A stretch of 64,000 bases of DNA from an uncultured Chloroflexia bacterium (lineage in GTDB: Bacteria > Chloroflexota > Chloroflexia > QHBQ01 > JADMIH01): assembly GCA_963797095.1 (NCBI GenBank), contig CAWCNY010000003.1, positions 864,001 through 928,000 on the forward strand. The letters run 5' to 3'. Under the pieces are notes generated by a model. It did no database searches. It had not been told where the DNA came from and saw only the letters and a list, made by a program, of their open reading frames with translations. Below, piece by piece: positions 57,570-64,000 of the stretch; the stretch's first letter is position 1, and each line of letters opens with the position of its first letter. A program made the translations under genes and the position numbers.

Positions 57570-58568
57570 ATGCCTATAACCCTCGAGGACATTGGCCGTA
57601 TGAGCGGAGTATCACGCTCCACGGTCTCGCGTGTCATAAACGAGGATCCCAATGTCAGTGAGAAAACTCGCAGCAGGGTGCAGGACGTTATTCGAAGCGT
57701 CAACTACCACCCGAATCTTGCGGCACGGGGGCTGGCGGCTGGCCGGACTAAAGTGGTCGGCCTGGTCATCCCACGCGGGGTAACGGCTCTCTTCTCAGAT
57801 CCTTATTTCCCGCTGGTTATACAGGGGGTGGCTTCGGCGTGCGCACCGCTCGACTTTTCGGTAATGCTGTGGCTGTCGGAGCCTGAGCACGAGCGCAAGG
57901 CTATCGGCCAGATCCTCCACAACGGATTGCTCGAAGGCGTGATCATAACCGCAATGCTGATCGATGATCCGCTGATTCAAAGCCTTTCAGAGAGCAAAAG
58001 GCCATTCATTACAATTGGCCGCCACCCCAACGACGAGACGCACAGCTATGTGGACGTCGATAATCGGGCAGGCGCGTACGAAGCGGTGTCGCATATCGTG
58101 CGCACGGGACACCGCAGGGTGGCGGTGATCAACGGCCCGGAAAACACAGCCCACAGTTGGGAGCGCTACCACGGCTATCAGAAAGCGCTGCGCGACCGTG
58201 GCTTGCCGCTGGTGCCTGCGTTGATTGCGGCGGGCGATTTCTCGGAGGCGGGTGGCTACCTGGCGGCGAAGCGCCTTCTTGTGGAAAAGCCGGACGCGGT
58301 GTTTGCTTGCTCAGATGCGATGGCATTTGGCTGCATGCGCGCCATACGGGAAGCTGGCCTGCGTATTCCGGAGGATGTGGCAGTGGTTGGTTTTGACGAT
58401 ATTCCCACCGCGGCCAACAGCAAACCGCCGCTCACCACCGTGAGGCAGCCTATACAGCGCATAGGTAGCCTCGCCGCTGAAATGCTAATCGAAATGATCG
58501 AACACCCAGACCCGCAACCTCGGCGCGTAGTATTGCCTACCGAACTGATTGTTCGCTCTTCTTGTTAA
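57570..58568 (+). CDS. LacI-family regulator (CelR/CebR-like)
   Basis: 'TLEDIGRMSGVSRSTVSRVIN', 'LFSDPYF', 'VVGFDD', 'PPLTTVRQP'. Confidence 0.93.
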   Translation: MPITLEDIGRMSGVSRSTVSRVINEDPNVSEKTRSRVQDVIRSVNYHPNLAARGLAAGRTKVVGLVIPRGVTALFSDPYFPLVIQGVASACAPLDFSVMLWLSEPEHERKAIGQILHNGLLEGVIITAMLIDDPLIQSLSESKRPFITIGRHPNDETHSYVDVDNRAGAYEAVSHIVRTGHRRVAVINGPENTAHSWERYHGYQKALRDRGLPLVPALIAAGDFSEAGGYLAAKRLLVEKPDAVFACSDAMAFGCMRAIREAGLRIPEDVAVVGFDDIPTAANSKPPLTTVRQPIQRIGSLAAEMLIEMIEHPDPQPRRVVLPTELIVRSSC

Positions 58569-58689
58569 GCCCGTTCTATGTTTGGAAGGAGGTGATGAAG
58601 GATGCAAAAGAAGGTGCATGACAACTGCAAGCAGAAGTCTTGTAGTTGGTTTGCACAGATTGGCCGTTAGATCACCAAGGAGGAAAAGA

Positions 58690-60519
58690 ATGCGTAAGTC
58701 AAAATTAATAACATTGGTCGCGGTCCTAACGATCATGACCATGGTTTTGAGCTCTTGCGGCGAGGGAGCCAGTACAGCGACGCCCGTTCCCCCTGCCGCC
58801 ACGGATACCACGGCTCCGGCTCAGGCCACCGAGGCACCCCAGGCTACTGAAGCCCCCCAGGCCACCGAGGCCGCTGCACCCGATCAGCTTCCACGCAACG
58901 AGACTCTGTATGTGGGTGGCTTCCAGTGGCAGCCGCCAGCCACCTTCAACATATTGAACAACAACCCGGACTGGCCGGCGCAGGGCGGTTTCATGGAACT
59001 CTATGAAGCCCTGTTTGCTTACAACCAGTTGTCCGGCAACCTCGACCCGCTGCTGGCTAAGAGCCTCACGACTTCTGCCGATGGCGCTACCATGGACATC
59101 ACTTTGCAGGATGGCACCATGTGGCAGGACGGCCAGCCGCTAACCACCGATGATGTGATTTACACCTACGAGCTCGCCAAGTCGCAGTCGGACGTCAACT
59201 ACAGCACGCTGTTCAACTACATCAACAGCATCACCGCCACCGGCGACCGCACCCTCGAAATCAAGCTCAATACGGATGCGCTCAACCCCGGCTTCGTGAA
59301 GAACTTCCTGACCACAATCAGGATCCTGCCCAAGCATATCTGGCAGGCACGCGAAGCGAGCGGCAAGCTATCCGGAGTGGTTGACACGTCGCCGGTAGGC
59401 TCCGGGCCTTATAAGGTGCTCGACTTCTCGCCGCAGCGCGTGGCCCTCGTGCGCGATGACAATTACTGGGGCAAGACCGTTTTCGGTGGCCTCCCCGCGC
59501 CCAAGTACATCGTGCACCCTATCTTCAAGAGCAATGACGACGGTAACCTGGCCTTCCAGAACGGCTCCGTAGATGTAATGCAGCAGTTCACCCCTCAGAT
59601 CTGGAAGATGTGGGAAGATGCCGGCGCCCCCGTGGGCACCTGGTTTGACGCCCCGCCGTACTACGTGGCAGGCTCCATCCCGATGCTGATCATCAATACC
59701 ACCAAGAAGGGCCTCGACAACCCGCTGGTGCGACGCGCTCTCGCCTACTCGATCAACTATCCTCTTATCGCCGAGACCGCTATGTCCCAGTACTCGGTGC
59801 CGGCCAACTCCAGCTTGATTATCCCCGGCGGTGGCGAAGACATGTTCTTCAACGCCGACCAGGTCAAATCGGACGGCTGGACGTACGATCCTGCCAAGGC
59901 CAAGGACATCCTTGAGAACCAACTCAAGGCCATCAAAGGCTCCGATGGCGTGTACACTCTGCCCGACGGCACCCGCCTCGGCCCCTGGAGCGCCCGTACC
60001 CCTCAAGGCTGGACTGACTGGCAGACCGCTATCAACATCGTGGTCCAGAGCGCCAAGGAAGCCGGTTTCGACCTGCAGGAAGATTATCCCGATGCACCTG
60101 TCGTGACCAGCAAGATCCAGTCCGGTGACTTCGACCTCAACCTGTGGTACATCGCAGGCCAGAGTCCTTCCACCCCGTGGCAGCGCTTCCGCGATATGCT
60201 CGACAACCGGGGCGTACCTGGCATAGGCGAGAATGCTTTCTGGGATTACAACCGCTTGTCCGAGCCTGATGCCCTGCCTCTTCTTGACAAGGCGGCTGCG
60301 ACCACCGATCCTGCTGAGGCTAAGACGTACTACGATCAGCTCGATGCCCTCTTCATGAAAGACATCCCGGGCATCCCTCTGATGTACCGCCCGAACGAGT
60401 TCTACGAGTTCAACACAAGCGTCTGGAGCGGCTTCCCGACGGCGAAAGCGCCCAATGGCGGCACGCCGCAGTTCGCGCAGGCCGGAATCGAGTGGCTCTA
60501 CAAGATCACGGCCAAGTAA
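58690..60519 (+). CDS. Family-5 (OppA-type) ABC substrate-binding lipoprotein, probably for cello-/beta-glucan oligosaccharides
   Basis: AAGGAGG RBS before ATG 58690; lipobox LSSC; 'LPRNETLY', 'GSGPY', 'GWTDW'; controlled by a CelR box. Confidence 0.88.
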   Translation: MRKSKLITLVAVLTIMTMVLSSCGEGASTATPVPPAATDTTAPAQATEAPQATEAPQATEAAAPDQLPRNETLYVGGFQWQPPATFNILNNNPDWPAQGGFMELYEALFAYNQLSGNLDPLLAKSLTTSADGATMDITLQDGTMWQDGQPLTTDDVIYTYELAKSQSDVNYSTLFNYINSITATGDRTLEIKLNTDALNPGFVKNFLTTIRILPKHIWQAREASGKLSGVVDTSPVGSGPYKVLDFSPQRVALVRDDNYWGKTVFGGLPAPKYIVHPIFKSNDDGNLAFQNGSVDVMQQFTPQIWKMWEDAGAPVGTWFDAPPYYVAGSIPMLIINTTKKGLDNPLVRRALAYSINYPLIAETAMSQYSVPANSSLIIPGGGEDMFFNADQVKSDGWTYDPAKAKDILENQLKAIKGSDGVYTLPDGTRLGPWSARTPQGWTDWQTAINIVVQSAKEAGFDLQEDYPDAPVVTSKIQSGDFDLNLWYIAGQSPSTPWQRFRDMLDNRGVPGIGENAFWDYNRLSEPDALPLLDKAAATTDPAEAKTYYDQLDALFMKDIPGIPLMYRPNEFYEFNTSVWSGFPTAKAPNGGTPQFAQAGIEWLYKITAK

Positions 60520-60564
60520 AGTAATAGCCCAACACTAGCCGGAGCGACCGGTTAGCTAATGGGG

Positions 60565-60600
60565 GCAGCCGTTCAAGCAATTATCTGCTTGAACGGCTGC
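60565..60600 (+). terminator. Stem-loop after the SBP gene
   Basis: GCAGCCGTTCAAGCA...TGCTTGAACGGCTGC, 15-bp stem. Confidence 0.75.
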
Positions 60601-60795
60601 TCTCCCAACAAAGTGATCCCACATCTGTGCGGTCATAATTAGATGAAAACAGTTGAAACCGCGCATAAAATGCGGTAAAATTGTCTAATTAAGGTATCCT
60701 TCAGAAGCTTGCTCTCTGGTGATAGCTTTCGATGAATGATAACCTTAGGGTTGATGGGTCGCCGGCGACCTTTCAGCCAACAACGGGGTAAGTAT

Positions 60796-61809
60796 ATGAG
60801 CAAGTTTAGCCGCTATTTGCTTAACAAATTCGTCTGGTTCCTTGTCGCATTTGCCCTGGCCCTTATCTTCAATTTTCTGCTGATCCGCCTGATCCCCGGT
60901 AATCCTGTGGATACCATGATGGCCCGGATGAGCGCCGGAGGCTCGGCTGCCGGCCCTCAACAGCAGAAGATCTACATGGATTACATTGCGCAATTCGGGC
61001 TTGACAAACCGCTCTGGGAGCAGTTCTTTGTTTATTTAGGCAATCTCGCGCACGGCGACCTCGGCAAGTCGTTCGCGCAGTATCCAACGCCCGTCACCAC
61101 CCTGATCTCACAGGCCCTCCCGTGGACCATTGCCCTCCAATTGCCTGCCATCCTGATAGGGTGGATTGTAGGCAACGTGCTCGGCGTCCTTACCGCCTAT
61201 CGTAAGGGCGTGCTGGATAAGGTGGGCTTCCCCGTCGCGCTCTTTATCTCCAACATGCCGTTTTATTGCCTCTCTATTTTGCTGCTTTATGTCTTCGCGG
61301 TGGTCTGGCGTCTCCTACCTCCTGTTGGTGGTTACGCCTTCTCGATGAGTCCGAACTGGAGCTGGCAATTTATCGGGAGTGCCGCCCAGCACTACATCCT
61401 GCCCTTCCTGTCGCTTGTACTGGTGTTCATCGGCGGGCAGGCTATCGGTATGCGCTCGATGTCTATTTACGAGTTGGATACCGATTATGTTCGCTATTCG
61501 CGCAGCCTGGGCGTATCGGATAATCGCATCGTCCGCTACATATTCCGCAACGCCATGCTCCCGCAGATTACAGGCCTGGCCCTCTCAATCGGCGGCCTGG
61601 TCAGCGGCGCGCTCATCACCGAAATTGTCTTTTCTTACCCAGGCATCGGCACCCAGCTCTTTTCGTCGATCCGGCAACAGGACTATCCTACTGTACAGGG
61701 GATAACGCTGATAATCATGATCGCGGTCTTAGTGTCGAACTTCGCGGTTGAGATCGCGTACGGCTTTATAGATCCTCGTATTCGCGCTTCGCAAAGCGGC
61801 GACCGCTAG
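60796..61809 (+). CDS. OppB/DppB-type permease
   Basis: 'PGNPV', 'GDLGKS', 'RNAMLP', 'E.VFSYPGIG', 'IDPR'. Confidence 0.92.
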   Translation: MSKFSRYLLNKFVWFLVAFALALIFNFLLIRLIPGNPVDTMMARMSAGGSAAGPQQQKIYMDYIAQFGLDKPLWEQFFVYLGNLAHGDLGKSFAQYPTPVTTLISQALPWTIALQLPAILIGWIVGNVLGVLTAYRKGVLDKVGFPVALFISNMPFYCLSILLLYVFAVVWRLLPPVGGYAFSMSPNWSWQFIGSAAQHYILPFLSLVLVFIGGQAIGMRSMSIYELDTDYVRYSRSLGVSDNRIVRYIFRNAMLPQITGLALSIGGLVSGALITEIVFSYPGIGTQLFSSIRQQDYPTVQGITLIIMIAVLVSNFAVEIAYGFIDPRIRASQSGDR

Positions 61810-61824
61810 CAGAAGGAGGGCACA

Positions 61825-62739
61825 GTGGCAACTATTTCGCAAGCACGAAACGCTGCCGGACCGGGTCCTAATCCGATCCCATTGACCGGAATGAGGCGTA
61901 GCATCGCACGTATCGGTACGGTGCTCAATGGGCGATTCTTGTTCAGCCTGATAGTCATTCTGCTGGTGATCGGTTTTGGCTTCTTGGGGCCGATCGTTTT
62001 CAACAGGCCAAACGCCCTGGTCACGGTCGGCGGTCTCTACGACGCGCCCTCGTCAACGGCCTGGCTTGGCACCGACAACTTTGGTCGCGATGTGTTCACA
62101 CAGTTGATGTACGGCGTGCGTACGTCGCTTACCATAGGGGTTATCGCGGGCGTGGTGGCAATAGCGATCGGGCTGGTGGTCGGCACCATCGCCGGCTATG
62201 TGGGAGGGGTCCTTGAGGAGATCCTGATGGCCTTGACCAACGTGGTGATCACCATCCCCTCCATTGTTATCCTGATCCTCCTGTCGATTGCTATCGGCAC
62301 TCGCTCCATCGAGGTAATGGGCGTGATCATCGGCATCACAAGCTGGCCCTGGACCGCACGCGCCTTGCGCGCACAGGCGAGCAGCCTGCGCAACCGCGAG
62401 CACGTTGATATCGCCCGCCTGTCGGGGGCGGGCACCGCATCGCTCATCTTCTGGGAGATAGTGCCGTTCATGCTTTCGTATGTGGTTATGGCCTTTGTGT
62501 TGCAGCTCAGCAGCGGCATTTTGACCGAGGCAACGCTCAGTATGCTGGGGCTTGGGCCTAGCGGGAGCGTTTCGCTGGGGATCATGTTGCAGTGGGCGCT
62601 GCTCTGGGAATCGGTACGCACGGGGGCGTGGTGGGCATTCGTACCGCCGGCTTTGCTGCTGACGCTGATCGCCTTTTCGCTGTTGCTGCTGCAATCGAGC
62701 ATCGACGAGATATTCAATCCGCGCCTGAGAAAGGTATGA
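61825..62739 (+). CDS. OppC/DppC-type permease
   Basis: 'WLGTDNFGRD', 'EATLS.LGLG', 'FNPR'. Confidence 0.92.
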   Translation: MATISQARNAAGPGPNPIPLTGMRRSIARIGTVLNGRFLFSLIVILLVIGFGFLGPIVFNRPNALVTVGGLYDAPSSTAWLGTDNFGRDVFTQLMYGVRTSLTIGVIAGVVAIAIGLVVGTIAGYVGGVLEEILMALTNVVITIPSIVILILLSIAIGTRSIEVMGVIIGITSWPWTARALRAQASSLRNREHVDIARLSGAGTASLIFWEIVPFMLSYVVMAFVLQLSSGILTEATLSMLGLGPSGSVSLGIMLQWALLWESVRTGAWWAFVPPALLLTLIAFSLLLLQSSIDEIFNPRLRKV

Positions 62740-62746
62740 CGATGGT

Positions 62747-62871
62747 GTCGGTAGTCGGTAGTCGGAGGTCGGAGGTCGGAGGTCGGAGGACGACAACCCA
62801 CAGACAACCAGGAACTTGGAACTTGGAACCAGAAGCTTCCGACTACTGACTACCGACTACTGACTACCGAC
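62747..62871. repeat. Inverted arrays of heptamer repeats (GTCGGTA/GTCGGAG ... GGAACTT ... CCGACTA/CTGACTA)
   Basis: Left array complementary to right array; intergenic between oppC and oppD. Confidence 0.85.
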
Positions 62872-62891
62872 AACTAGAAGGATAAGCCTAG

Positions 62892-63896
62892 ATGAAGATA
62901 AAGAATGTCCGAGCTTATTACGCGGTGGCTCCTGACCCGGATGTCAGGGCAGTAGATGATGTGTCGCTCTCCATTGGCGAGGGGGAGGTGCTCGGCATCG
63001 CGGGGGAGTCGGGGTGCGGCAAATCGACGCTGGCGTCGGTGATCGCGCTGACGGCGCGCCCGCCTCTGTATGTCAAGAGCGGTGAAATGGAGATCGATGG
63101 GGAAATCATTCAATTGACCGATCAGACCAAGGCCCCCGCATACTGGCATGGGATCAAGGTGGCTTTGCTTCCCCAACGCGCTCTCAACTCGCTGAATCCG
63201 ACGGCGCGCGTGCGTGATTTTGTGGTGGATGTGGTGCGCGCCCACGACAACAGCATAAGCCCGAAACAGGCGGTTGAGAGGGCGCGGGAGCGGCTGGAGC
63301 AGCTTTCGCTGCCGCCGAGAGTGCTCGACAGCTATCCCCACCAGTTGAGCGGCGGGATGCGCCAGCGGGTGGTGGCGGTGATTTCCACCCTGCTTGATCC
63401 GAACCTGCTGATCGCGGACGAGCCTACTTCGGCACTGGACGTGTCCTCGCAGAAACAACTGGTGCTGTTGCTGAGGCTGCTTCTGGACCGTGGGTTCATC
63501 AAGCGCGTCGCTTATATCACCCACGACCTGCCGATGTTGAGCAATATCGCCGACAGGATCGCGGTGATGTACGCGGGCAAGCTCGTTGAGATCGGCACCA
63601 CCAAGCAGATGGTCGAAAACCCGCAGCACCCATACACACATGCCTTGATCACGTCCACGTTGGACCCTGAGCCCGAGGTGCGGCACCACAGGCTGGAAGG
63701 GATAGTGGGCGCGCCGCCCGACTTGAGCTTCCCTCCAAGCGGCTGCCGGTTCCACCCGCGATGTCCTCTCGCGATGGACATCTGCTCGGAAGAGGATCCG
63801 CCCATGGTCGGACAGCCCGACCGATTTGCTGTCTGCTGGTGGCTCAAGAAAGAGGCCGGTAGTGGTAATAAGATACTAGAGGAAGCGAATAGATGA
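62892..63896 (+). CDS. OppD/DppD-type ABC ATPase
   Basis: 'GESGCGKST', 'LSGGMRQR', 'IADEPT', 'GCRFHPRCP'. Confidence 0.95.
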   Translation: MKIKNVRAYYAVAPDPDVRAVDDVSLSIGEGEVLGIAGESGCGKSTLASVIALTARPPLYVKSGEMEIDGEIIQLTDQTKAPAYWHGIKVALLPQRALNSLNPTARVRDFVVDVVRAHDNSISPKQAVERARERLEQLSLPPRVLDSYPHQLSGGMRQRVVAVISTLLDPNLLIADEPTSALDVSSQKQLVLLLRLLLDRGFIKRVAYITHDLPMLSNIADRIAVMYAGKLVEIGTTKQMVENPQHPYTHALITSTLDPEPEVRHHRLEGIVGAPPDLSFPPSGCRFHPRCPLAMDICSEEDPPMVGQPDRFAVCWWLKKEAGSGNKILEEANR

Positions 63897-64000
63897 GCGT
63901 ACAACCGACTCCGACGACCAAAGATGGGATCGAGAAGCCAGTAAGCCTGAATGCGAAGCATAACAGCCACAAGGAGGATGCTTCTCAATCCCCGATGCCC
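63893..64000 (+). CDS. Probable start of the second (OppF-type) ATPase, cut by window end
   Basis: ATG overlaps the oppD stop (ATGA) and the frame is open to the end; identity from operon context only. Confidence 0.5.
   Translation, partial: MSVQPTPTTKDGIEKPVSLNAKHNSHKEDASQSPMP

Overview
GC-rich bacterial DNA, most likely Chloroflexota (inferred from the 'GGLAQQGYP...QYFERAVFE' repeats, Cys-containing SLH domains and 'HWDG' repeat surface proteins). There are no housekeeping, rRNA, tRNA or CRISPR features. The cargo is three carbohydrate ABC systems (maltodextrin with two GH13; Ugp-like; CelR-box-controlled Opp-type), GH127 and a FucI-type isomerase, an ECF41 sigma factor, transporters and large secreted repeat proteins. 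The main signal is 27.6-33.9 kb, which looks like the complete replication and partition module of a secondary replicon (chromid or megaplasmid). It comprises a tandem DnaD-like winged-helix initiator candidate with six 24-bp-periodic iteron-like motifs inside its own gene, one or two counter-transcribed RNAs in its leader, and an orphan Phd-fold gene. It also has an HTH-ParA / antirepressor-like / ParB operon, a non-canonical parS-like palindrome (TTTTTGTCGCGACAAAAA, 3 copies) and an apparent GC-skew inversion. Next to it is a nest of mobile elements: an intact IS66, and an ISAs1-bounded cargo element carrying Uma2, an IS3 relic and vapBC. All calls come from reading motifs by eye; no database searches were run.
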